A stretch of DNA of 21,405 nt from Candidatus Micrarchaeia archaeon (GCA_038870455.1 JAWCPB010000020.1:1-21405); one strand, 5' to 3'; positions 7,012 to 20,267 are shown, counted from the first letter of the stretch. Program-made: numbers and translations. Notes: generated from the letters alone by a model not told the origin.

Positions 7012-8598
7012 TTAAGCCAATCCGATTATATTCCCTTCGTCAGAGAGCGTGATGCGCTCGGCAGCCGGCTTTTCTGGCAGGCCCGGCATGAGAAGAACCT
7101 CGCCGAGGACTGCGACCACGAAGCCCGCGCCGGCGCTCAGGCGCGCGTCATTCACCTTCACGCGGAAGCCCGTGGGGCGGCCGGCCAGGTTCTTGTCGTC
7201 TGAGAGGGAGTGCTGGGTTTTGGCCATGCACACGGGCAGGGAGCCGAAGCCGAGTGAAGCGAAGTGCTCGAGTTTCTTCCTTGCGTCTTCGGAAAAGTCA
7301 ACGCCGTCCGCGCCGTAGAACTCGCGGGCGATGAAATCAATTTTTTCGAAGAGGGTACTGCCCTTCTGGCGAGAGAGGGGGCACGGTTTTTTTGCGATGC
7401 GCTCCACTTCTTTCGCCAGCGCGAGCGCACCGGCGCCTCCCTTGGAAAAGCACTCGGCTGTAACAGCTTTGACGCCGAGATGCTCGCAGGCGGAAGTGAT
7501 GCGCGCAAGCTCTTCCTCCGAATCGCCGGGAAAGCGGTTGAGCGCTACGACTGTGGGAACGCCGAGTTTTTTCATGTTGTCGATGTGCTTTTCCAGGTTC
7601 GCGAGACCGTGTAGGCGGACCGCGCGGGCGGATGCGACGAGGACGGCCGCGGAAGGGGTTGTGCCAAGCGCCGGGGCGGCGATGTGAAGGAACTTCTCCG
7701 CGCCGAGCTCGGAGCCGAAACCCGTTTCGGTTATGACAAAACCCTTTTCGCCTGCGAGCTTGAGGGCGAGGCGCGTTGCCAGGATGCTGTTCGTGCCGTG
7801 CGCGGTGTTAGCGAAAGGGCCTCCGTGAATGAAGCAGGGGTTTCCCTCGCCTGTCAGGAGGAGATTTGGTTTCAGCGCGGCGCGCAGCAGGGCAGCCATG
7901 GCGCCGTGCGCCTTGAGGTCGGCCGCGGTGACCGGCCTGCCTTTCCTGTCGAACGCAACGACGATGCGGGCCAGCCTTTCCCTGAGGTCGCGGTAGCCGC
8001 CGGCCAAACAGAGAACGGCCATCACCTCTGAGGCTGCGGTGATGACGAAGCCGCTGCTGTGCCTGCAGCTCCCCTGCGCGCAGGCGGTGCGGATTTCGCG
8101 GAGCTCGCGGCAGCTCATGTCCATGGCATAGGGCCAGCAGATTGTTTTTTCATCGATGCCTAGCTCGTTGCCTTGGTGGAGGTGGTTGTAGAGAAGCGCT
8201 GCGAGGAGGTTGTGCGCCGAAGTTATTGCATGGATGTCGCCTGTCAAGTGGAGGTTGATTTCCTCAGGGGGAACGACGACGGACTTTCCTCCGCCGGTGG
8301 CGCCCCCCTTCACCCCGAAGACAGGCCCGAGCGAGGGCTCGCGGATGGTCGCGACAGCGCACTTGCCGAGCTTCCAGAAAGCATCGCACAAGCCGATTGT
8401 TGTTGTCGTCTTTCCCTCGCCCGCTTTCGTGGGGGTCATGGCCGTGACGAGAATCAGCCTGCCGCTCTTGCTTTTCTCGAGCCGTTTCAACGCATTGAGT
8501 GAGATTTTTCCTGCGAAAAAACTGTAGGGCTCGAACTCTTCGTCAAGAATGCCGAGGGCACGCGAGACGCGTATCACTCCGTGCTGGAGGAAATTCAT
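7012..8598 (-). CDS. fhs: Formate--tetrahydrofolate ligase
   Basis: TPTKAGEGKTTTTIGL, REPSLGPVFGVKGGATGGG, INLHLTGDIHAIT, ITAASEVMA, HGGPFAN, GAEKF, CMAKTQHSLSDD, MPGLP. Confidence 0.96.
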   Translation of the reverse strand: MNFLQHGVIRVSRALGILDEEFEPYSFFAGKISLNALKRLEKSKSGRLILVTAMTPTKAGEGKTTTTIGLCDAFWKLGKCAVATIREPSLGPVFGVKGGATGGGKSVVVPPEEINLHLTGDIHAITSAHNLLAALLYNHLHQGNELGIDEKTICWPYAMDMSCRELREIRTACAQGSCRHSSGFVITAASEVMAVLCLAGGYRDLRERLARIVVAFDRKGRPVTAADLKAHGAMAALLRAALKPNLLLTGEGNPCFIHGGPFANTAHGTNSILATRLALKLAGEKGFVITETGFGSELGAEKFLHIAAPALGTTPSAAVLVASARAVRLHGLANLEKHIDNMKKLGVPTVVALNRFPGDSEEELARITSACEHLGVKAVTAECFSKGGAGALALAKEVERIAKKPCPLSRQKGSTLFEKIDFIAREFYGADGVDFSEDARKKLEHFASLGFGSLPVCMAKTQHSLSDDKNLAGRPTGFRVKVNDARLSAGAGFVVAVLGEVLLMPGLPEKPAAERITLSDEGNIIGLA

Positions 8599-8612
8599 TG
8601 CCGAGTATTTGC

Positions 8613-8630
8613 TGAAAAGCTTTTAAAAAA
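8613..8630. promoter_or_regulatory. Bidirectional BRE/TATA (GAAAAGC-TTTTAAAA) between fhs and the TA module
   Basis: TTTTAAAA palindrome at 8621-8628 is centred between ATG 8598 (minus) and GTG 8650 (plus). Confidence 0.6.
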
Positions 8631-8649
8631 CAGGCGCGCAAAGCCTCTT

Positions 8650-8895
8650 GTGGCCCGCCAGTCGCTGAGTGTCTTTAGAAAAAAACAGAAGGAGTTGCGG
8701 GAGAGAGACCTCATCCACCAGGCAGTTGCATTAAGAAATGTCAGCCCGAGCGCGACGCTGAAGGCCGCATTGGACTTGAATCGGTACGCGTCGAAGCTCG
8801 TGATGCGGAGCGCCAGAAAAAAAGGAATGCGGAAAAAAGAGGTTATGCGAGAAGCAAAAAAAACGTTCAGGTGGGCGGCGGATGAAAGCGATTGA
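8650..8895 (+). CDS. Small basic helical protein, putative MenA1-like antitoxin
   Basis: In-frame GTG 8650 about 22 nt after the TATA. SPSATLKAALDLNRYASKLV resembles the MenA1 helix as recalled (AQKLRLALDMYE). Overlaps the NTase gene by 14 bp. Confidence 0.65.
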   Translation: MARQSLSVFRKKQKELRERDLIHQAVALRNVSPSATLKAALDLNRYASKLVMRSARKKGMRKKEVMREAKKTFRWAADESD

Positions 8896-9433
8896 AGACA
8901 TCATTCGCCTCGTGTGCGGCTACTTGAACAGAAACAAGATAGACTACGTAGTGGTGGGAGGCGCGGTGATTCCGTTGTACGGCGCCCCGCGCACGACTGT
9001 GGACGTGGACATCATACTCTCAATACGCACGACCGACATACCTTCCCTCATCGCCTTCTTGAAGAAAAACGGCTTTTTCGCCTCGGAAGGCGACTTGAAG
9101 ACCGCGCTGGAAGAAAAATCTCATTGCACGATAGAAAGCAGGGACGCGCTCCACCGCCTTGATGTCAAAGGGGTTTATTCAGAATTCGACGAGGCCACCC
9201 TGAAGAGAAGGCGGAAAATTGATTTTGCAGGAACACTCGTATACGTCGCCTCACCTGAAGACCTCATTATCAGCAAACTCCGGTTCGGAAGCGACAGGGA
9301 CATCAACGATGCGGTGAGCATTCTCGTGCGCCAGAAGAACAAGCTGGACTGGGAGTACTTGGAAACAGAAAGCAAACTCATGGGTGTGCACCGCGACCTC
9401 GAAAGGCTGAAGAAAAAAGCCGCAGGAACCTAG
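8882..9433 (+). CDS. Nucleotidyltransferase, MenT1 / DUF1814 / DUF6036-like putative toxin
   Basis: VVVGGAV..YGAPRTTVDVD (GG, RxTxDxD), LDV, ASPEDLIISKL, RDINDA. Confidence 0.88.
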   Translation: MKAIEDIIRLVCGYLNRNKIDYVVVGGAVIPLYGAPRTTVDVDIILSIRTTDIPSLIAFLKKNGFFASEGDLKTALEEKSHCTIESRDALHRLDVKGVYSEFDEATLKRRRKIDFAGTLVYVASPEDLIISKLRFGSDRDINDAVSILVRQKNKLDWEYLETESKLMGVHRDLERLKKKAAGT

Positions 9434-11619
9434 TCCATGAACGTCTGTGGCGAGGGCGGTTCTTTGGGCTCGCCCTTCCGCTCGCGGATTTCCGGCACGA
9501 GGCGCGCCTGCAGCTCCCTCGGCACGCGCTCGTAGCCCGCATACTCGGTGTACCAGATGGCCCGACCCTGGGTCGCGCTCCGGATGTCGTTGGCGAAGCC
9601 GAACATGTCGGCCACAGGCACTTTGCCGTGCACGGTGACGATCTCCTCCTCCTGCTGGATTTCCCCGAGCTGGCCTCGCCTGCCCTGAATCTGGGAGATG
9701 ATGGAGCTGAGGTACTCCTGGGGGGCTTGCACGAGAAGCCGCTGCTTGGGCTCGAGAAGGACAACGCCGCTGAGCAGCATGCCCGCGTAGATGGGCCTGC
9801 GGATGGCCGGAATTATCTGGGCCGGCCCGCGATGCACCGGATCCTCGTGGATGAGCGCATCGACGACCTTGACCTTGACGCCCGTCACGCGCTCTTTGGC
9901 GAGCGGCCCGGCCTCCATGGCCTCCTCGAAACCCTGGATGAGCAGTTCCATGATTTCGTTCATGTACTGCACGCCCTTGGTGGCGTCGATGAAAACGCTT
10001 TTGCTGAATACGTCCTTGACGTTCTTGGCGTCCTCGCGCTCCATGCCCCCTTCGACGAATTTCTCGACGAGGGCCTTTCCCTTTGGCTTGCCCTCGGGAA
10101 TCTCGCCCTCGTTAATCCTGTCGATGACGCCGGGCTCGAGGGGCTCGACACAGACTTTGAGCTTCGTGTGCTTGTTCGGCGACTTTCCTTCTATAGGACC
10201 GGCTGGCTGGGTGATTGTCTCGCGGTAGACGACAATGGGCTTGCTCGTCTCTATGTCGACTTTCTTCTCGTGCTTTATCTTGTACTCGATGATTTCGAGG
10301 TGGAGCTCGCCCATGCCGGATATGAGGTGCTCGCCCGTCTCCTGGTTGATTTCAATCTTTATCGTAGGGTCTTCCTTTGCTATTTGCCTGAGCACTTCGA
10401 TGAGGCGCACGAGGTCTTTCGTCTGCTTGGCCTCGATGCTCTTGGTCACTACGGGCTCGCTGTAGTGCTTGATCTGCTCGAAAGGCTCGAGCTCTGTCTC
10501 GCTAGCCGTCTCTCCGACATAAAGGTCGTGCAGGCCCACCACCGCGGCGATGTTGCCCGCAGGGACTTCCTCGACCATGATCCTGTCAGGCCCCATGTAG
10601 ATGCCAACCTGCTGGACTTTCTCGCTCTTGTGGCGCGAGGCGAGGTGCAGCTCCACGCCCTTCTTGATCGTGCCGCTGAAGACGCGGCCTACGGCGACCT
10701 CGCCCGCGTGCTCGTCCATGACCACGCCGAAGATGACCATGCACGCCTTTCCCTTTGGGTCGCACAAAAGCATGGCCTTGCCCTCCTCGCTCGCCACGTC
10801 GCCCTTCCAGATGACCGGAATGCGGTACTTCTGGGCGGTGGGCGGATCCGGCAGGTGCGTGACGGCCATTTCGAGAATGACCTCGTCAATGGGCGCTTTT
10901 TCGCTAAGAGCCTTGTGGTCGCCTTTCGCGCAGTAGTCGTAGATTGTCTTGAACGTGATGCCCGTCTTCTTCATGTACGGGAAGTTGATGGCCCACTTGT
11001 GGAAGGCCGAGCCGAATGCTACGTTGCCTTTCTCCACGCTCACCTGCCAGGCCTCCTTGAATTCCGGAGGCGCATACTGGCGGATGAGCTTGTTCACGTT
11101 GTTGATTATTTTTGTTAAGCGCGCCTGCATTTCCTCGGGCCCGAGCTTGAGCTCGTTGATGAGCCTGTCGATCTTGTTGATGAAAAGGTTGGGCTTGCTC
11201 TTCTCCTTGAGCGACTGGCGGAGGACGGTTTCGGTCTGGGGCATGACTCCCTCGACAGCATCAACCACGAGCGTGATGCCGTCGACCGCGCGCATGGCCC
11301 GCGTCACGTGCCCCCCAAAATCCACGTGGCCCGGCGTGTCGATGAGGTTGATGAGGTAGTCCTTGCCCTCAAAGGTGAAGCCGAGGCTGATGTAGGCTGC
11401 TTTTATGGTGATGCCGCGCGCCTGCTCCTGCTCGTCAAAGTCCATCACGCGCTGCTGGCCCGCCAGCTCCTTGGAGATGAGGCCCGCGCGCGCGACAAGG
11501 CTGTCCGTGAGCGTGGTCTTTCCGTGATCGACGTGCGCCACGATGGCCATGTTGCGAATCTGCGGCTGCTCGTACATTAGTTTTTGAACTTCTTCTACAA
11601 CATACTCTTTCCTGACCAT
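9430..11619 (-). CDS. fusA: Archaeal translation elongation factor 2
   Basis: AHVDHGKTT, RGITI, DTPGHVDF, NKID, GMGELHLE, diphthamide loop HEDPVHRGPAQ. 729 aa. Confidence 0.99.
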   Translation of the reverse strand: MVRKEYVVEEVQKLMYEQPQIRNMAIVAHVDHGKTTLTDSLVARAGLISKELAGQQRVMDFDEQEQARGITIKAAYISLGFTFEGKDYLINLIDTPGHVDFGGHVTRAMRAVDGITLVVDAVEGVMPQTETVLRQSLKEKSKPNLFINKIDRLINELKLGPEEMQARLTKIINNVNKLIRQYAPPEFKEAWQVSVEKGNVAFGSAFHKWAINFPYMKKTGITFKTIYDYCAKGDHKALSEKAPIDEVILEMAVTHLPDPPTAQKYRIPVIWKGDVASEEGKAMLLCDPKGKACMVIFGVVMDEHAGEVAVGRVFSGTIKKGVELHLASRHKSEKVQQVGIYMGPDRIMVEEVPAGNIAAVVGLHDLYVGETASETELEPFEQIKHYSEPVVTKSIEAKQTKDLVRLIEVLRQIAKEDPTIKIEINQETGEHLISGMGELHLEIIEYKIKHEKKVDIETSKPIVVYRETITQPAGPIEGKSPNKHTKLKVCVEPLEPGVIDRINEGEIPEGKPKGKALVEKFVEGGMEREDAKNVKDVFSKSVFIDATKGVQYMNEIMELLIQGFEEAMEAGPLAKERVTGVKVKVVDALIHEDPVHRGPAQIIPAIRRPIYAGMLLSGVVLLEPKQRLLVQAPQEYLSSIISQIQGRRGQLGEIQQEEEIVTVHGKVPVADMFGFANDIRSATQGRAIWYTEYAGYERVPRELQARLVPEIRERKGEPKEPPSPQTFMD

Positions 11620-11645
11620 CAGAATCAGCTCGTTGCATTATCCTC

Positions 11646-12251
11646 TCATCGCGCGCTTCTTGCAATCCTCTCGGTCTCATCGCGCTTCTTTATCGCGTAG
11701 GAATTCACGTCGTTGTTGGCCGCGAGGATGATTTCGTTGGCGAGCGCCTCGCGCAGGGTCAGCTTCTTGTCGAACGACTGCATGATGGCGGCGAGCGTGA
11801 TGTTGCGCAGCGCGAGGTCGAGCCTTCTCGATGCGGACACATCGACAGCGACCTGGTAGGACACGCCGCCGTACTGCACGCGCGTCGTGTCCTCGCGCGG
11901 GGCAGTGTTCTGAAGGGCATCGACGAGCACCTGAATGGGGTTTTTTTTCGTCCTCTGGTGAATGTCGTCAAGCGCGCGCTCGACGAGGCGCAGCACGGTG
12001 AGCTTCTTGCCCTGCAGCCTGCCCATGGTGCGGATGACCTTGCCCGCGGTCTTCTCGCCCGTGCCGCCGCGCATGAGCTTGTTCACGAGCCGCTCGACGA
12101 TGTTGACTTTCGCCTTGGCGAACTGCTTGCGCGCGTGCCTGCCGTGGGAGTGGGGGACGGTGACGGGCGCGAGCGAGATGTAGGGCGCAAGCGATTGATC
12201 GGCGACGACGACCTCGCTCGGGTCGTACTTGAAAAAGAGCTTTTCAGCCAT
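11646..12251 (-). CDS. rps7: 30S ribosomal protein S7 (uS7)
   Basis: NIVERLVNKLMR, NPIQVLVDAL, PREDTTRVQYGG, AVDVSASRRLD, KKRDETERIARSAR. ATG 12251 after GAGGT. Confidence 0.98.
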   Translation of the reverse strand: MAEKLFFKYDPSEVVVADQSLAPYISLAPVTVPHSHGRHARKQFAKAKVNIVERLVNKLMRGGTGEKTAGKVIRTMGRLQGKKLTVLRLVERALDDIHQRTKKNPIQVLVDALQNTAPREDTTRVQYGGVSYQVAVDVSASRRLDLALRNITLAAIMQSFDKKLTLREALANEIILAANNDVNSYAIKKRDETERIARSAR

Positions 12252-12255
12252 GACC

Positions 12256-12684
12256 TCATCTCTTCGGTTTTTCCTTCTTTCCGCTGATGAGCTCGGTGAG
12301 GTCAACGCCGTTCACTGCGATGACCTTGTGGCGCACGCCCGGAATGCTGCCCATCTGGCCCCTCTGCGAGCCGCCCAGGCCCTCGAGCGTCACCTCGTCG
12401 TGCTCGTCGATGAAGTTGATGGCGCCGTCGCCGGGCGCGAAGGCGGTGATTATCTTGCCGTTCTTGGCGAGCTGCACGCGCACGCACTTGATGAGGCCCG
12501 AGTGCGGCTGCTTCTGCTCGAGCGCCTTCTTCTCGATGACGACGCCCTTGGCCATGGGCGCACCCTCGAGCGGGTCGTACTTCTCCTTCAGGCGCAGCTT
12601 CTTCCTCACCCAGGGCTTCTTGAGCCAGCGCTGGCGCTTGCGCCTCCGCAGCAGGTCGAGTCCGGCGAATTCACCCTTTCCCAT
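12256..12684 (-). CDS. rps12: 30S ribosomal protein S12 (uS12)
   Basis: [50 protein letters not shown]. Confidence 0.98.
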   Translation of the reverse strand: MGKGEFAGLDLLRRRKRQRWLKKPWVRKKLRLKEKYDPLEGAPMAKGVVIEKKALEQKQPHSGLIKCVRVQLAKNGKIITAFAPGDGAINFIDEHDEVTLEGLGGSQRGQMGSIPGVRHKVIAVNGVDLTELISGKKEKPKR

Positions 12685-12693
12685 GCTGACGCC

Positions 12694-13122
12694 TCACAGC
12701 GAGACAAGCTTGAGCGTGATTCCAAAATGCCTCTGCAAAAGGGCTTGGGCGAGCTTGATGCGCTCCCCGCCCCTTCCGATGACAATCCCCCTGTGCTTGG
12801 AGTCAATCCGCACCGCAGCCGTCTTGATGTTGTTTTTCTCTTGAATGTTTATATTGATTGCGGGCGCGGGGGCCAGGAGGTTGCGGATGAAGCCTTCGGG
12901 AGAGTCCGCGTGCTCGAAGAGCACGACGGGCTTGCCGAGGGCGCCGCGCACCTTTTCTATGGAAGCCCCTTTTTTGCCTATCGCGCGGCCCATGAGCCCG
13001 GCCGGAATGAGGAAGGCGATGGTGCTGCCGTCAGACACCACGTCCTTGGCTGGCGTGCCGGTCATGCGCTCGAAAAGGCTTAGGAGCTTGAGTTCTTCGT
13101 TGCTTAGCTTGAACAAAGGCAT
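12694..13122 (-). CDS. nusA: Archaeal NusA-like KH-domain transcription factor
   Basis: Two KH GxxG motifs (AIGKKG, VIGRGG). ATG 13122 overlaps the rpl30e TGA. Expected operon position. Confidence 0.95.
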   Translation of the reverse strand: MPLFKLSNEELKLLSLFERMTGTPAKDVVSDGSTIAFLIPAGLMGRAIGKKGASIEKVRGALGKPVVLFEHADSPEGFIRNLLAPAPAININIQEKNNIKTAAVRIDSKHRGIVIGRGGERIKLAQALLQRHFGITLKLVSL

Positions 13123-13418
13123 CACAGGGTTTCGAGAATGGGCGAGTTGCCGGGCTCGAGGATGGAGAGCGCGAGGACCGGGTGCGGCTTTCCGCACACG
13201 GAGCCGAGCTCGAGCGAAGAGCCCCCGTAAATTTTCACGGGAACGCCCGCCGCCTTGGCCTTGCCCTCGAGGGAGGCGCGCAGCGCGCGCGGGGCGTTTG
13301 CCGCGAGAATGAGCAGCTTGGGTTTTCCATGCAGAGCGAGCTTGAGCGAGCGCCTTGCGCCGAACTCGACTTTGCCCGAATCGACTGCCATGCGAATCGC
13401 TTTCGCGAAATCAACCAT
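13122..13418 (-). CDS. rpl30e: 50S ribosomal protein L30e (eL30)
   Basis: AVDSGKVEFGARRS, LLILAAN, ELGSVCGKPH, EPGNS. Start 13418 (alternatives 13424, 13427). Confidence 0.96.
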   Translation of the reverse strand: MVDFAKAIRMAVDSGKVEFGARRSLKLALHGKPKLLILAANAPRALRASLEGKAKAAGVPVKIYGGSSLELGSVCGKPHPVLALSILEPGNSPILETL

Positions 13419-13423
13419 GTTCA

Positions 13424-16955
<3,532 letters not shown>

Positions 16956-16957
16956 GC

Positions 16958-18799
16958 TCACGCCTTGTCCTTGAGCAGCAGCCTCGGGAAAATCCCGATG
17001 GCCTTTATCTCGTCCAGCAGCAGCTTGAAGGCATAGCTCATCTCCACGCGGTGCAGGTCGGATGAGTCGCACAGCGGGCAGTAGTCCCTGTTCTTGATGT
17101 GGTCGTGCACGGCGATGGAGCCGCACCGGCCGCACACGAGCTCGCTCGTCTTGTCGCTCTCCTCAAGCAGGCGCTCTTTGAGCAGCATGGACGCGCCGTA
17201 CCCTATGAGGCAGTCGCGCTCCATCTCGCCGAAGCGCAGCCCGCCCTCCCTCGCCCGTCCTTCGGTGGGCTGGTGGGTGAGAAGCTGCACGGGGCCCCTG
17301 CTCCTCACGTGCAGCTTGTTGCTGACCAGGTGATGGAGCTTCTGATAGTAGATGACGCCCATGAAAATCTGGCTGGTTATGGGCTCGCCCGTCAGCCCAC
17401 TGTACAGCGTTTCCTTGCCGTAGGGCTCGAAGCCGTAGGCCTGCAGCGTCTGCTTGAACGCCTCCTCTCTGTCGCCGCCGAACATCGTGCCGTCGGCGAG
17501 CTTTCCGCTGAGCGCGGCCGCCTTGCCCCCGAGCATTTCGAGGATGTGGCCGGCGGTCATTCTCGAGGGAATGGCGTGCGGGTTGATGATGAGGTCCGGG
17601 ACGATGCCGCTCTCTGTGAACGGCAGGTCCTCCTGCGGAACGAGCAGGCCGACGACTCCCTTCTGGCCGTGCCGCGAGGCGAACTTGTCGCCGTTCTCCG
17701 GAACCTTGACCGAGCGCACCCTGATCTTGACGAGCTTGTTGCCGCTCGGCGATTCGGTGAGCAGCACGCTGTCCACGATGCCCTCCTCGCCGCTCTTGAC
17801 AGTCACGCTGTTCTCCCTCTTCTTCTCCTCGGTTATGCCGAAGGTCGAGACCTCCTCGAGAAAGCGTGGAGGGGAAGTCTTTCCGACAAGCACGTCCCTT
17901 GCCTTCACCTCCGCCTCTGGAAAAATAATGCCGTCCTCGCCGAGGTTGCGGTAGTACGTCTCTTCCCTGTAGCCGCTGATGGTGGGCTGCGGAATCTCGA
18001 ACTTGTCCTTCTGACCGCCAGGGTACCGGCGCTCCTCGGTCTCGTAGGTCTTGTAGAAAACGCTTCTGGCGAGCGCGCGCTCGACCGCGCTCTTGTTCAT
18101 TATGACCGCGTCGCCCATGTTGTAGCCGAAGTGGCTCGTTATGGCGACGACGAAATTCTGGCCGGCCGGCCTCTCGTTGAACTTGAGCGTCTTGTAGACG
18201 CTCGTCTGCACGAGCGGCCGCTGCGGGTAGAAGAGCAGGTGGGCGCGGCTGTCCATGCGAAGGTTGAAGTTGCTCGCGTAAAGGCCGAGCGACTGCTTGC
18301 TCATGGCGCACGCCATGGTGATGCGCGGCGAGGAGTTGTACTCGGGGAAAGTGAGCTGCGCCACGGTCACGCCCGCGATCGAAATGGGATCAATCTCGAC
18401 GTGCGTGTGCTCCGGGGTTATCTCGCGCTCGGACTGCGCCACGTACGCGTGCGCGCCCTCCTCCTCGGAGTCCAGGAACTCGACCACGCCAGACCGCACG
18501 AGGTCGGCCCAGCCGAGCTCGCGCTTTGCCAGCTTTTCTCTCATCTCCTGGGTGAGCGCGGGCTTTCCGTCATTCACCACGATGTACGGCCTCCTGGCCC
18601 GTCCCCTGTCCGTATTTATGTGGAACTCGCCCGTCTTGTCGTTGAACGCGAAGTTCGCCTCGCCGGTTATCGCGCCGGCCCTGCGCTTGTCCCGGAGCTC
18701 CCTGTAGAGCGCCTCGCCGTTAGCATGGAACCCGACGAGCCTGCCGTTGAGATACACCGCGACCCTGCCGGCCTTCTTCTCCTTTTTTTCCTTCGCCAT
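16958..18799 (-). CDS. rpoB1: RNA polymerase subunit B' (Rpo2C)
   Basis: [43 protein letters not shown]-terminal Zn finger. Confidence 0.99.
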   Translation of the reverse strand: MAKEKKEKKAGRVAVYLNGRLVGFHANGEALYRELRDKRRAGAITGEANFAFNDKTGEFHINTDRGRARRPYIVVNDGKPALTQEMREKLAKRELGWADLVRSGVVEFLDSEEEGAHAYVAQSEREITPEHTHVEIDPISIAGVTVAQLTFPEYNSSPRITMACAMSKQSLGLYASNFNLRMDSRAHLLFYPQRPLVQTSVYKTLKFNERPAGQNFVVAITSHFGYNMGDAVIMNKSAVERALARSVFYKTYETEERRYPGGQKDKFEIPQPTISGYREETYYRNLGEDGIIFPEAEVKARDVLVGKTSPPRFLEEVSTFGITEEKKRENSVTVKSGEEGIVDSVLLTESPSGNKLVKIRVRSVKVPENGDKFASRHGQKGVVGLLVPQEDLPFTESGIVPDLIINPHAIPSRMTAGHILEMLGGKAAALSGKLADGTMFGGDREEAFKQTLQAYGFEPYGKETLYSGLTGEPITSQIFMGVIYYQKLHHLVSNKLHVRSRGPVQLLTHQPTEGRAREGGLRFGEMERDCLIGYGASMLLKERLLEESDKTSELVCGRCGSIAVHDHIKNRDYCPLCDSSDLHRVEMSYAFKLLLDEIKAIGIFPRLLLKDKA

Positions 18800-18803
18800 T
18801 CCA

Positions 18804-20267
18804 TCACTCTATCGATACACCGAGCTTCCTTACCACGTTTTCAATGCGCTTCTCCTCCTCCTCGCCCGTGGTTATCTCGCACAGGAGGGCGAGGTTCTTG
18901 ACGAGCGCACACGAGGGGCCTTCGGGCGACTCGTTCGGGCACAGCTTGCCCCAGTGCGTTCCGTGAAGGTCCCTGGCCTTGAAGTGCGGGTGTTTGCGCG
19001 AGAGAGGCGAGATGACCCTCCGCAGGTGGGAAATGCTCGAGAGGTAGTTGGTTCTGTCAAGCAGCTGGCTGACTCCGGTCTGGCCCGCAATCCAGTTTCC
19101 CGTCGCCATGGAGTAGCGGATGCGCTCGCTGAGCGCGTCGGGCCTGACGATGGTCTGTACGACGAGGCGCCTTCCCCTGGCCGCGGCGCGCTCGACCTGG
19201 TAGGCTATGTCTTTGATGAGGAACTGGAAGGCGTACCGGAAAAGCTCCTCCATAAGGTTGCCCGTGAGCTTGATGCGTTTGTTCGCGTAATTGTCCTTGT
19301 CATCCTGTGGAATCTTCCTGTAAGCGACTTGAATGGCTTTCTCGGTCATCTTCACTAGGTAATAGGCCTTTGCGAGGCGGTCCCTGGGATCGACGCCCAG
19401 GTGCGGTAGGAGATAAGTGTCGAGGAGTATTTCGGCGCGCTTGGTCCTGTACTCCTTAGCCTGACCAGGCGCAGCTTTTTTTCCGAGGTACTCGAGCGCC
19501 TCTTCCTTGTTCTTGCTCTCGTCCATCTCCAAGTTGAGCAGGATGTCGGCGCGGATTTTCGTCACAGCGCTGAAGGCGTTGATGATGTCCTCGTTGGACT
19601 GCAGGCCAAGCGCGCGCAGCACGGACGTGAGGGCGAGCTTTGCCGGCGCGGCCGGGAAAGTCACCGTAAGCGCGCCGTCGCCTCCCCGCTCTACGACGCA
19701 CCGCGTCCTGAACCCGAAGCGCGTGCTGAAAACCTTTGCCGTGGTGAGCGCGCCCTCCTTTTCCCTGCTGACCATAATCCTGTTCGGCGCGAGGTCTTCA
19801 ACGCTCACGAGCACTTTCTCGCTTCCGTTTATGATGAAGTAGCCGCCCGGGTCGTCCGGGTCTTCGCCCGCCTCAATGAGCTCCTCCTTGCCGAGCCCGG
19901 TGAGGTGGCAGAGCCTGCTCTTCACCATGACGGGAAGCTCGCCGATGAACACTTCGCTGTACATGCGCCGCTCGATGCCGTTGATGACCGGCGTGATTTC
20001 AAGGAACATGGGTGCGGCGTAAGTGAGGTTGCGTGCCCGCGCCTCCATGGGGTTTATCTGGCGCCTGCTTCCGTCAGCCTCCACGACCATGGGCTTCTCG
20101 AGCCTCACCTTGCCGAACTTGAGCATGTAGCCCTCCACGTTGGGCTCGATGTAGCCCACGCGGTCAATGATTTCCTGAATGCCTGCTTCGATGAAGCGGT
20201 TGTAGCTTTCGAGATGCTGCCTGACCAACTGGTTTTCCCTGAAGTAAGCATCCAGCAGCTCGCTCAT
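18804..20267 (-). CDS. rpoB2: RNA polymerase subunit B'' (Rpo2N)
   Basis: [63 protein letters not shown]. Confidence 0.99.
   Translation of the reverse strand: MSELLDAYFRENQLVRQHLESYNRFIEAGIQEIIDRVGYIEPNVEGYMLKFGKVRLEKPMVVEADGSRRQINPMEARARNLTYAAPMFLEITPVINGIERRMYSEVFIGELPVMVKSRLCHLTGLGKEELIEAGEDPDDPGGYFIINGSEKVLVSVEDLAPNRIMVSREKEGALTTAKVFSTRFGFRTRCVVERGGDGALTVTFPAAPAKLALTSVLRALGLQSNEDIINAFSAVTKIRADILLNLEMDESKNKEEALEYLGKKAAPGQAKEYRTKRAEILLDTYLLPHLGVDPRDRLAKAYYLVKMTEKAIQVAYRKIPQDDKDNYANKRIKLTGNLMEELFRYAFQFLIKDIAYQVERAAARGRRLVVQTIVRPDALSERIRYSMATGNWIAGQTGVSQLLDRTNYLSSISHLRRVISPLSRKHPHFKARDLHGTHWGKLCPNESPEGPSCALVKNLALLCEITTGEEEEKRIENVVRKLGVSIE

Noticed and set aside
9815-9860. Possible loss of the EF-2 diphthamide site
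   Set aside because: HEDPVHRGPAQ retains the target His in the HRG motif.
9628-11118. 496-aa plus-strand ORF
   Set aside because: Antisense shadow of EF-2 caused by GC-rich codon bias; no motifs.
12020-12075. Gly/Lys-rich insertion in uS7 (GGTGEKTAGKVIRTM)
   Set aside because: This loop is length-variable among archaeal uS7 proteins, so it is not distinctive.
16956-17135. 60-aa N-terminal extension of RpoA'
   Set aside because: Overlaps the rpoB' 3' end; homology begins at MVIEK (16955).
18790-18810. Split rpoB (and split rpoA) as a novelty or frameshift
   Set aside because: B'/B'' and A'/A'' splits at these positions are well known in archaea; both have clean stop/start junctions.
17099-18901. 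600-aa plus-strand ORF (also 14673..15716, 12229..13083 and similar)
   Set aside because: Antisense to rpo and ribosomal genes; typical codon-bias shadows.
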